Assembly (NCBI GenBank): GCA_043750125.1
Contig: JAYVCD010000066.1
Location: 1 to 47,338, forward strand
Origin: Archangiaceae bacterium
GTDB lineage: Bacteria; Myxococcota; Myxococcia; Myxococcales; Myxococcaceae
Reading direction: 5' to 3'
Length of the DNA stretch: 47,338 bases
Below are positions 18,376 through 26,809 of the stretch, piece by piece (positions within the stretch are counted from its first letter, which is position 1; each line of letters begins with the position of its first letter). The notes beneath the pieces were generated by a model. It was not told the origin of the DNA and made no database searches. It saw only the letters and a list, made by a program, of their open reading frames with translations. Position numbers and translations under genes: made by a program.

Positions 18376-21300
18376 TCAGGACTGGCGCGCAATCTCGCCG
18401 GTGGTCGCGCGGCGCGCCTGGGTCAAGTCCACCACCATCGACTTCAGCTGCCTGCTCATCATCTTGAACACCCCCCGCAGCAGCTCGGGTCGATCGCCCA
18501 ACAGATCGAGGAAGTCACGCCGGTCGATCACCAGCACCGTCAGCGGCTCGAGCACCACGATGTCCGTCACTCGCGGGGCACCGTCGAACAACGAGTGATC
18601 TCCAAACGCTTCCTTGCTGCCCATTCTCATCAGCAGTTCGCCCTCGCGTCGCGCCTCGACGGTTCCTTCGAGAATCACGTAGAGCGCGTCGCCGGGGTCT
18701 CCCACCTGGTAGACGTTCTCACCGCGCTTGAACTGCTGTTCTTTCGCGACCGCGGCCACCGCCGCCAAATCGTCCACGTCGCTCTGGGCAAAGATTTCCA
18801 CGCCCTCGAGCGCGAACAATCGCTTCATCGTTCCATCGGCCATGTCGTCCTCCTTCAGCGTCAGCGGCCACAATCCCCGCTCGCGGGCCGCCCCTCGCGC
18901 GCACGAGCGCAACACCGGGTCTTCGCTTTTGCACAGCGCCTGCAGGTGCGCCTCAACCCCATTCTTGTCACCCACCTTCTGCCCGCGGTGGTGGGTGTCG
19001 ATCTGTTCCTGAACCAGCAGCCTCTCTTCCCCGGTGAGCACCGCATCGACGAGCTCGATCGCCCACGCCTTGCGGCGCGGATCGTTGCCGGCCAGGTGCG
19101 CGTGCGCCCGTCGCATCGCCTTCGCGTCGTGCTTCAACCCCAACAGCCAGAACGACAGCTCGAAAGACTGATCGAGCCGGTCTCCCACCGCGCGAGTGAC
19201 CAGCGCGTGGGGGCCCAGCGCGGCCTTCAGGTCGATGAACGCCTGCGACAGCCCTCGCCACGTCTGCTGGCGGCGGCGAAGCGCGTCGAGCACCCGGGCC
19301 CCATCGACGGGATGCTCGGGGTGCTCGTCGCGCAGCCGGGCAATCGCCACCCCCACCCGGTAATGCAAAAACGCATCGTCGATCGCATTCGAGAACAGCA
19401 GCGCGTCGAACGCCGCCGGAGTGCCGATCTGCCGCAGCACCCGGGGAAGCTGAAATCGCAGGTGCAGCGCCCGGCTTCGGTCATCGAGAGCGCGCGCCAC
19501 CAGGGGTACCGCGGCGTCCTTCAGCGCGGACAGCGCGTCTCGGGCCGCCCGACGATCTTCGGGCCAGGTCAGAAAGCGAAGCAGCCGGGGCGCCAGGCTC
19601 ACATAGCCCCCCGCGCCCACCGCCGAGATCGCAACCCTGCGCACCGTGCCGTCCGCGTCCTCGAGATACCGAGACAGCCCCTGCCCCAGCGCTTCGTCCT
19701 TCAAGCTGCCGAGCAGCCGGGCGACTTCCCGACGTTCCATCGTCGGCGCGTTGGCTCCCCGCTTCAACAGCGCGTCCAGAGACCGGGCCGCGGGCGAAAC
19801 CTGTTCTTCTTTGACGAAGGACAGCAGCCCGCCAATTGCCGCGCAGCGATCTCCAATGTCCAAAGAGTCGAGCAGCGGGGGCAAGACGATCTTCGCCCGA
19901 TCCGGGTGCAGCCGCGCCAGAGCCCAGACCGCTTCACCGCGCGGCCGCCGCATTCCGTCGGCGACCAATTCCTCGAGCTCGGTCGCGGCCGTCGTCAGGC
20001 CCAGCTGCTGCAGCACCTTCACCCCTCGCTCTTGAACCCGTTCGTCTGCGTGCGACAGCAGCCCCCGCACGTGCGGCTCGAGCGAAGCGCCGGCATGAAC
20101 GAGCAGGTCGACCGCTCGCAACACCCGCTCGGGCGAACGCGACTGCAGCGCCTCGCCGAGCATCAACACGTCCAACGCGACCGCGTCCTTCGCGCCCGAC
20201 ACGCGCGCGTGCAGCGCCTGCAGGTAGAGCGGTCGAAGTCGCAGCAGGGCCACCGCGGTCAGCACGCACAGCAGCACCACCAGAAACGGCAGCACGCTCG
20301 GCGGCGCCCAGGGTCCGATCAACAGCAACAACAGCCCCCCAATCGCCGACCCGCCCTTGCGCAAAAACCCATCGATGCTCTTGCGCACCCCGTCTCGAGC
20401 GTCGTCGGGCAGCGGCGCATAGAGCAGCAGGAACCCGACCGGCAGCAGCGAGAAGCTCGCCGCGCCTTCGACCAGCTTCAGCGCCCACGCCGACCAGACC
20501 GAAGGCACCCACCAGGAGGCGACGGCCAGCACCCCCAGCGTCCCGGGCACCAGCGTCAGGTAGCGCAAGATCCCCAACCTGCGCAGCAGTCGTTCGGCGA
20601 GGAACAGCTGGAACACGACGCAGATGACTCCCGTCCACACCTGGGCCGAAGCGAACAACGAGGCGAGCTCGGCTTCCTTCAGGGTGGCTCCCGCCCGCTG
20701 GCGAAAGACGAAGTCGGACAGCACCGAGAGCACCGAGAAACCGAGCACCACCAGCCCCAACAGCCAGGGGTACCGATGGTTGCGCAGGTAGGCCCGGGTG
20801 GCGTCGCGGTTGGAACTGGCGCTCAGCGCGCGCTGCGGTTCGAGCTGAGATCGATGCCACAAGAATGCCGCCGCCGCGCACAACATCAGCACCGCGCTAC
20901 AGAACAGCTGTGCGCTGGCTCCCCCGATGCCCGCCGCGGCTTGAGCGAGCAGCCCGAAGGCGATCGCCCCCGACATTCCCACTCCGCTGACCCAGGGAAA
21001 AACCTTGCGCGACTCGCGCGCGTCGAAGGCGTCGCCCATCGTCCCCCAGAAGTTCAGCGACATCGAGGTCGCGAAGACTTCTGCGAAGACGTATGCGACC
21101 AGCGAGAGCTCGACGATGCCCAGTTGCTGACCCAGCGCCAACAGCAACGTGACGATTCCGCCGACCACCGCCAGACTCGAGGGCGAGAGCTTTCGGACCC
21201 GCAGCCCGCTCACGTTTGCCGCGGCGAGCAACGCGGTGAGCGCTGCGCTGCCGATGTAGAGCCAGGGAAGCGCGCCAGCCTGGTAGCGGGTGAGCACCAG

Positions 21301-21396
21301 CGCGTTCGACGCCGGCTTGAGCATTGCGACCGCGCCGATGAAGAAGAAGTGAAATGCGGCGGCGGGCCACAACCGCCGGGTCATTTCCCTGTTCAC
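18376..21396 (-). CDS. Npt1/TLC-like nucleotide-transporter domain + HEAT repeats + cyclic-nucleotide-binding domain fusion
   Basis: About 12 TM N-terminal domain (LKPASNAL, LPWLYI, NFWGTMGDAFDARESRKVFP, LLYAPLP, KSIDG), then HEAT-like repeats and C-terminal cNMP domain (QVGDPGDALYVILEG, FGDHSLFDGAPR). Confidence 0.85.
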   Translation of the reverse strand: MNREMTRRLWPAAAFHFFFIGAVAMLKPASNALVLTRYQAGALPWLYIGSAALTALLAAANVSGLRVRKLSPSSLAVVGGIVTLLLALGQQLGIVELSLVAYVFAEVFATSMSLNFWGTMGDAFDARESRKVFPWVSGVGMSGAIAFGLLAQAAAGIGGASAQLFCSAVLMLCAAAAFLWHRSQLEPQRALSASSNRDATRAYLRNHRYPWLLGLVVLGFSVLSVLSDFVFRQRAGATLKEAELASLFASAQVWTGVICVVFQLFLAERLLRRLGILRYLTLVPGTLGVLAVASWWVPSVWSAWALKLVEGAASFSLLPVGFLLLYAPLPDDARDGVRKSIDGFLRKGGSAIGGLLLLLIGPWAPPSVLPFLVVLLCVLTAVALLRLRPLYLQALHARVSGAKDAVALDVLMLGEALQSRSPERVLRAVDLLVHAGASLEPHVRGLLSHADERVQERGVKVLQQLGLTTAATELEELVADGMRRPRGEAVWALARLHPDRAKIVLPPLLDSLDIGDRCAAIGGLLSFVKEEQVSPAARSLDALLKRGANAPTMERREVARLLGSLKDEALGQGLSRYLEDADGTVRRVAISAVGAGGYVSLAPRLLRFLTWPEDRRAARDALSALKDAAVPLVARALDDRSRALHLRFQLPRVLRQIGTPAAFDALLFSNAIDDAFLHYRVGVAIARLRDEHPEHPVDGARVLDALRRRQQTWRGLSQAFIDLKAALGPHALVTRAVGDRLDQSFELSFWLLGLKHDAKAMRRAHAHLAGNDPRRKAWAIELVDAVLTGEERLLVQEQIDTHHRGQKVGDKNGVEAHLQALCKSEDPVLRSCARGAARERGLWPLTLKEDDMADGTMKRLFALEGVEIFAQSDVDDLAAVAAVAKEQQFKRGENVYQVGDPGDALYVILEGTVEARREGELLMRMGSKEAFGDHSLFDGAPRVTDIVVLEPLTVLVIDRRDFLDLLGDRPELLRGVFKMMSRQLKSMVVDLTQARRATTGEIARQS

Positions 21397-21406
21397 GGCA
21401 GCAACT

Positions 21407-21970
21407 TCACCCTGGGAAATCCCGACGGGCGAAGAGCGCGTTCACTTTCACGCCGGTCTTCTCCACTGCGTCTTTCCCACCCTCTTCACGATCTACCAGG
21501 GCGAACACGGCGACCGGCACCAGCCCTTCGGCCCTGGCGCGCTCGATCGCTTTGATCGTGCTCGCTCCGGTCGTGATCACGTCCTCGAGAATCGCCACCC
21601 GGGCTCCGGTCTCAAACGCACCCAGGCCTTCAATCCACTGCCCGGTGCCGTGACCCTTGGGCTCCTTGCGCACGTAGAAAGCCGCCAACGGCTGACCTTC
21701 CTGATGGCTGACCAGGCTGACCGCCGACGACAGCGGGTCGGCGCCCATCGTCAGCCCACCGACCCCCACCGCTTCCGGCGCGAGTCGGCGAATCGCCTCG
21801 AAGAACAAATGCCCGACGAGGAAGTGACCTTCGGCGAGCAACGCCGTCTTCTTGCAGTCGATGTAGAAGTCGCTTTCTTTACCCGACGACAACAGCACCT
21901 TCTGTTTCTTGAACGAGCGCTCGGTCAGCAGAGCCAGCAGTCGCTCACGCGAAGCCGCCGAAACGCTCAC
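21407..21970 (-). CDS. pyrE: Orotate phosphoribosyltransferase
   Basis: [27 protein letters not shown] motif [13 protein letters not shown]. Confidence 0.96.
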   Translation of the reverse strand: MSVSAASRERLLALLTERSFKKQKVLLSSGKESDFYIDCKKTALLAEGHFLVGHLFFEAIRRLAPEAVGVGGLTMGADPLSSAVSLVSHQEGQPLAAFYVRKEPKGHGTGQWIEGLGAFETGARVAILEDVITTGASTIKAIERARAEGLVPVAVFALVDREEGGKDAVEKTGVKVNALFARRDFPG

Positions 21971-22746
21971 TTCTGGCCCTCGAGGAATTCGACCAGCTGG
22001 CTCGAGTATTTGAGCTGCTTCAAGAGCTCGACCCGCCGCACCCCATCGAGGTCGCTGAACACATCGGCCAGCAGCGAAAGGTCCTGGTTGATTTCCCCCA
22101 GGCGAACGGTCACGTCGGCCGCCAGCTCATCGGCGTCGACCTCCTCTTCCTCGCCTTCCTTGTATTCCTCGGGCGCCAGGCCATCGTCATCGGCCAGCGC
22201 CTTCTCGAGCATGTCTCGGGCGGCAGCAGTCAGCCGACCGTCGATCAGCAACCGTTCTCGATACGCCGCCAGCTCGGCTCGCGCGACGGGCGCAGAATGA
22301 ATGCCTTCCGCGAGCGCCAGCAGCGTGGCGTCATCGTCCGAAAGCTCGGTGTGCAGGCGGGCGAGCACCTTCTCTCGCTGCAAGAACTTCAGCGCCGCCA
22401 CCCGGCGAAACCCGGTGATGATGACGAAGCGGTCGGGCGCCTCGAGCCGCAGGTCGATGGGAAACAGCTGCCCCAGGCGCGCGATGTCGGTCGCGAGCCC
22501 CGAAATGTCGCCTTCAGAGTGGGCGCGAACCCGAAATCTCTCGTCGATTTCGACGCGATCCAGATTCAGCAATGCGGGCGCAACATGGTGACGCCGAGGC
22601 GGCTCGGGCGCGGACGGAGGAGGACTGACCGCCGCCGGCGCTGACGGCTCGTGGGTCTGCAGCTCTTCGGGCGCCTGAAGCCCCTGGGCCGCGGGCTCGA
22701 GCCCCTCGGCTGCAACAGGTTCAACCGGCGGATTCACGTCTGACAC
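21967..22746 (-). CDS. padC: ParB/Srx-domain bactofilin adaptor PadC
   Basis: ParB-like N domain ([25 protein letters not shown]) without an obvious HTH; directly downstream of three bactofilin genes, as in M. xanthus. Confidence 0.85.
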   Translation of the reverse strand: MSDVNPPVEPVAAEGLEPAAQGLQAPEELQTHEPSAPAAVSPPPSAPEPPRRHHVAPALLNLDRVEIDERFRVRAHSEGDISGLATDIARLGQLFPIDLRLEAPDRFVIITGFRRVAALKFLQREKVLARLHTELSDDDATLLALAEGIHSAPVARAELAAYRERLLIDGRLTAAARDMLEKALADDDGLAPEEYKEGEEEEVDADELAADVTVRLGEINQDLSLLADVFSDLDGVRRVELLKQLKYSSQLVEFLEGQK

Positions 22747-22755
22747 GCAGCCACC

Positions 22756-23337
22756 TCACTTCTTCTTCTTCACCAGCACCTTCTTCTTGCCAGCCTCGGC
22801 GAGTACCGGCGGAGCAGGAGGAGGAGGCGGTGCCGGACGGGTGGGTTCGAACTTGGTGGCGGTAACGACTCTCGGAGGCAAAGCGGCCGGCTTCGAGACC
22901 ATGGCCGGTTTGTTGACGATGCCCGGACGAACGGTGGCACGAACCAACGCCGGCCGTGCAGTCGCACCCTCGGGACGCGGGCCGGCATCGCCCATGTCGA
23001 TCTGTCCACGGAAGCTGGCCCCGTCGACGATGATCACGCGCGGCGATCGAATGTCGCCGACCATTCGCCCTTCCTGGGTCAACTCGACGCTCTCGGTCGC
23101 AGCGATGTTGCCGACCACCACGCCCGAGATGATCGCGTTCTTGACCGAGACGTTGGCTTTGACGATGCCCGAAGGCTCGACAATCAAGGTGCGGGTCAGG
23201 TTGACCTCGCCCTCGACCCGGCCGCGAATGGTGAGGTCTTCATCGCCGGTCAGCTTTCCGCTGATGAGAATCGAGGGACCGATCACGGTGTTGTCCGAAC
23301 GATCCGAAGGGTTGGCCGAAAATTCCTTGGCGGGCAT
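22756..23337 (-). CDS. bacP: Bactofilin with Pro-rich/basic C-terminal tail
   Basis: TVIGPSILISGKLTGDEDLTIRGRVEG...IVDGASFRGQIDM plus a disordered tail; third gene of the bactofilin trio. Confidence 0.88.
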   Translation of the reverse strand: MPAKEFSANPSDRSDNTVIGPSILISGKLTGDEDLTIRGRVEGEVNLTRTLIVEPSGIVKANVSVKNAIISGVVVGNIAATESVELTQEGRMVGDIRSPRVIIVDGASFRGQIDMGDAGPRPEGATARPALVRATVRPGIVNKPAMVSKPAALPPRVVTATKFEPTRPAPPPPPAPPVLAEAGKKKVLVKKKK

Positions 23338-23341
23338 CGGC

Positions 23342-23665
23342 TCAACGCTCCTTCACGTCCATATCGACGTTGCCTTTGAAGCTCGCGCCGTCCGCAATCA
23401 AGATTCGCGGCGCACGGATGTCGCCCACCACGCGGCACTCGGTCTTCAACTCGACCCGATCACTGGCGGCGATGTTGCCCGTCACCCGTCCGGCGATCTC
23501 GACGTTCTGGGTCTCGATGTCGGCCTCGACCACGCCCGAACCTTCGACAAACAGGCTCTCTTTGAGGCTGATCTTCCCCTTCACCGTCCCCTGAATCACG
23601 AGATCCTCGTCACCTGAAATTTCGCCGTCAATGACGATGCTGCTACCGATGATGGTGTTGGCCAT
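23342..23665 (-). CDS. bacO: Bactofilin
   Basis: TIIGSSIVIDGEISGDEDLVIQG...IADGASFKGNVDM; middle gene of the trio. Confidence 0.88.
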   Translation of the reverse strand: MANTIIGSSIVIDGEISGDEDLVIQGTVKGKISLKESLFVEGSGVVEADIETQNVEIAGRVTGNIAASDRVELKTECRVVGDIRAPRILIADGASFKGNVDMDVKER

Positions 23666-23704
23666 GATCCCCTTGATTTAGAAAACAGGAAAAACCGCTG
23701 GTGG

Positions 23705-24046
23705 TCAGATGTCGTCCGGCAGCTTCACGTCCATCTCGATGGTGCCGTTGAAAATGGCTCCATCTTCGATCACGACCCGCGGAGCCTTCACGTCTCCATG
23801 AACCCGGGCGCTGTTGTTGATCGCAACCCGCGCAGAGGCGTCGATGTTGCCCGAGGCCTCTCCGTTGATTGTCAGCTCGTCGGCGCGAATGTCCGCTTCG
23901 ACCCTGCCGCTGCTCTCGATGGTGAGGTGGTTCTTCAGCGAGATCTGACCTTCGACCCGCCCTTCGATCACGAGGTCCCCGCCGCCTGAAAGGCTGCCGC
24001 GAATGGTGATGCCCTTACCGATGATGTTTGTTTGATCGTTCGCCAT
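23705..24046 (-). CDS. bacN: Bactofilin
   Basis: IIGKGITIRGSLSGGGDLVIEG...IEDGAIFNGTIEM; first gene of the trio. Confidence 0.85.
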   Translation of the reverse strand: MANDQTNIIGKGITIRGSLSGGGDLVIEGRVEGQISLKNHLTIESSGRVEADIRADELTINGEASGNIDASARVAINNSARVHGDVKAPRVVIEDGAIFNGTIEMDVKLPDDI

Positions 24047-24087
24047 GATCGGAAAAAAGCCCCTCCCTCAGGGCTCACGCTTGTAGG

Positions 24088-24924
24088 TCAACGGTGGCCT
24101 GAGATCCAGCGACAGATGTCGGCCCAGAGCGCTTCCTTGCCGACCTCACACAACACTTCGTGCCGCATTCCTTCGCGCGCCTCGAACGTTTTGTCGCTGG
24201 AAGCAACGGTGTCGAAAAACGCCTTGCTCGCGGGCGTCGAGGCGATCGGGTCGTCCGCGCCCGCGATGACATAAATCGGCAACGTGAGATCTTTACCCCT
24301 GCCGGCGAGATCGTTCTGGGCCTGGGTGCTCTGCACGAACCAACGCGGCGTGGCCTTGGTCCCGTAGAGCGGGTCGGCCGCCGTTTCTTTCTGCCACTCG
24401 ACATCGCGCGAGAGCTGCTCGTACTTGATGTCGGTCGGCACCGGCAGCCAGGGAATGATCGTGCCGACGACGCGCGCGGCCAGCACCTTGAGCACCGGCG
24501 GGTTCAGGGCGAGCTTCAGATACGGCGAGGTGAGGATCAGCCCCTTCAGCCCTTCGGGGCGCTTGAGCACCCAGTGCAACGCCATCAGCCCGCCATGCGA
24601 GTGGCCGAGCAGAAAGGTGGGCTTGCCCTGGGCCGCTCCGCGCAGCCGGGCCCAGAACACTTCGAGATCATCGAGGTAGTCCGTCCACTTCACGCAGTAA
24701 CCGCGGCGCCCGTCGGCCCGGCCATGCCCGCGGTAGTCCAGCGCCATGACCCCCACACCTTCGGCAGCCATCGCGTCCGCGAAGCGGCGATACCGCCCGC
24801 TGTGATCGCCAAAGCCATGCACCACGCCGAGGAAGCAACTGGGCTCGCCTTGCGGCAATACCGACCGCCAAAAAAGGCGGGTGTTGTCTCTCGCGGAAAA
24901 AAAGCCTTCGTCGCGGCGCGTCAT
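24088..24924 (-). CDS. agmH: Alpha/beta hydrolase, lysophospholipase
   Basis: VHGFGDHSGRY, DYRGHG, GHSHGG nucleophile elbow, MRHEV. The symbol rests on recalled synteny upstream of bacNOP. Confidence 0.8.
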   Translation of the reverse strand: MTRRDEGFFSARDNTRLFWRSVLPQGEPSCFLGVVHGFGDHSGRYRRFADAMAAEGVGVMALDYRGHGRADGRRGYCVKWTDYLDDLEVFWARLRGAAQGKPTFLLGHSHGGLMALHWVLKRPEGLKGLILTSPYLKLALNPPVLKVLAARVVGTIIPWLPVPTDIKYEQLSRDVEWQKETAADPLYGTKATPRWFVQSTQAQNDLAGRGKDLTLPIYVIAGADDPIASTPASKAFFDTVASSDKTFEAREGMRHEVLCEVGKEALWADICRWISGHR

Positions 24925-24939
24925 CCCGCCATCGACTTA

Positions 24940-26796
24940 CTACCTTTCTTCGAGCCCCTTCAATTTCTTCTCAATCCCACTGCGCTGCCCTTTGTTCTCG
25001 GCGAGATCAGGATCTTCCTTTAGCGCGTTGAGCGCGCGCAGGTAGGCGTCGGCGGCGTCCTTCTTCTTCTGCGCGCGCGCACACGCATCGCCCAGATGCT
25101 CGTTGATCGTCGGCTCATTGGGTGAGACCGCGTTCGCACGCTGCAGAGTCTCGACCGCTTTGTCGAGCTCGCCGCGCCGCAGGTAGACCCAGCCGAGCGA
25201 GTCGAGGTAGCTGGCGTTGTCCGGCTTGATCTCCAGCGCCCGCATCAGCAGCTTCTCGGCCTCTTCGAAATCCCGACCGGTGTCGGCCAGCAGGTACCCG
25301 ATGAAGTTCATCGCGTTCGCGTTCTCCGGATTCACATCGAGCACCGACCGCATCTTCTCGATCGATTTCTGGGTATCGCCTTTGCGCTCGTAGACCGTGC
25401 CCAGGGCAAAGAGCAGCTGCTCGTCTTTGGGGCGCTTGCGCAGGGCCTGGGTGAGCACGTTCACCGCTTCGCCCAGCCGCCCTCCTCGCTCGTACAGCCC
25501 CGAGAGCGCCTCGAAGACTTCGGCCGCGGGCTTGTCATTGACCGCCTTCGCCAACACCGCCTCGGCTTCCTTCACCTGCCCTCCCCGCTCGAGCGCGCGG
25601 GCGAAAGCGGGAATCAGCGGCTGATAGTCCGGTCGTTCTTCGAGGCCCTTCTTGAGCAGCTCGATCGCCCGGGTGTGCTGGCCCAGGGAAGAAAGCGCGA
25701 TCGCGCGGTGCAGCCGGGCCTCGTGAAACAGCTCGCCGGCGTCGCGACCCACGCCACCGTAGGCCTCGGCGGCCTTGGCCCAGGCTTTCATCCGCTCGTG
25801 AACCAGCCCGGCATAGAAGTGCAACCGCGGCTCACCGAACGTCGTGCGGGTGCTGTCGAGCACTTCGGCCGCCGAGCTCAACCGGTGCATCGCCAGATAG
25901 GAAAAGGCGACCTTCACCGCGACCTCGGGATCTCGCGAGAGCCCCAGCAGCTGATCGAAGTAGGCGTGCGCTCGTACCGGCGCGTCGAGGCGCAGCGCCA
26001 GCCGGCCGGCGGCCAGCAGCACATCGCGGTTTTCAGGGTCGCGCTCGAGCGCCGCGGCGTAGGCGTCTTCGGCCTTCTGCAGGCGATTCGAGGCTTCGAA
26101 CATCGTCGCGATCACCACCCACGATTCGACATCGCCCGGATCGCGGTCGACCGCCTTGGTGAGCAGCTTCTCGGCACGCGCGGTGTCGCCTCGCTCGGCC
26201 AGCGCCAGCCCCAGCCTTCGATATCCGATCGGCTCACCGGGAAGTGCGGCGGCGAGCTCTTCGACCACCTTCACCGCTTCGTCCGGCTTGTTCTGATCAA
26301 GCCACAGCTGGGTGAGCACCAGGTACGCGTCGGAATCTCTGGGCTTCAGCTTGATCGCCCGCTGCAGGTGCACCCGGGCGCGGGTCATTTTCTGGCCTTC
26401 ATAGAGCACCCTTCCCATCAACAGCTGGGCCGGTTGGTAGCTCGCGTTTCGTTCGAGCGCTTTGTTCAGCGTCAGCTCGGCGCGCTCGAGCTCGGTGAGC
26501 CGCGCGTATTGCTCGGCCAGCTGGGTGAGTAGAAAGGGGTTGGCATCATCGGACGCGAGCGCAAGCCGCAGCTCGTCGAGGGCGAGCCGATGATCTCCTT
26601 CATGATGCGCAAGTCGCGCGCGCATGAAGTGCGCATAGCTGGCGGCGCTGGCGAACTGTTCGTTCGGCTCTTGCGCGGAGCTCATCGCCTCGCGCATCGC
26701 CGCCACGTCCACCGCAGGGCGCCGAGGTGCAGCCGACGCAGGCAGAGCGGTCAACGCACCCACTGCAAACAAGCTGGTCAAAAGGTAGCGGCTCAT
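24940..26796 (-). CDS. Exported multi-TPR protein
   Basis: Signal peptide MSRYLLTSLFAVGALTALPASA, many TPRs, NAMNFIGYLLAD...YLDSLGWVYL...EHLGD. Confidence 0.9.
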   Translation of the reverse strand: MSRYLLTSLFAVGALTALPASAAPRRPAVDVAAMREAMSSAQEPNEQFASAASYAHFMRARLAHHEGDHRLALDELRLALASDDANPFLLTQLAEQYARLTELERAELTLNKALERNASYQPAQLLMGRVLYEGQKMTRARVHLQRAIKLKPRDSDAYLVLTQLWLDQNKPDEAVKVVEELAAALPGEPIGYRRLGLALAERGDTARAEKLLTKAVDRDPGDVESWVVIATMFEASNRLQKAEDAYAAALERDPENRDVLLAAGRLALRLDAPVRAHAYFDQLLGLSRDPEVAVKVAFSYLAMHRLSSAAEVLDSTRTTFGEPRLHFYAGLVHERMKAWAKAAEAYGGVGRDAGELFHEARLHRAIALSSLGQHTRAIELLKKGLEERPDYQPLIPAFARALERGGQVKEAEAVLAKAVNDKPAAEVFEALSGLYERGGRLGEAVNVLTQALRKRPKDEQLLFALGTVYERKGDTQKSIEKMRSVLDVNPENANAMNFIGYLLADTGRDFEEAEKLLMRALEIKPDNASYLDSLGWVYLRRGELDKAVETLQRANAVSPNEPTINEHLGDACARAQKKKDAADAYLRALNALKEDPDLAENKGQRSGIEKKLKGLEER

Positions 26797-26809
26797 GGCG
26801 CGGCCTGCC

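Noticed and set aside
18085-21555. 1156-aa plus-strand ORF
   Set aside because: Antisense shadow of the NTT-HEAT-cNMP gene; Arg/Gln/His-rich with no motifs, as expected in high-GC DNA.
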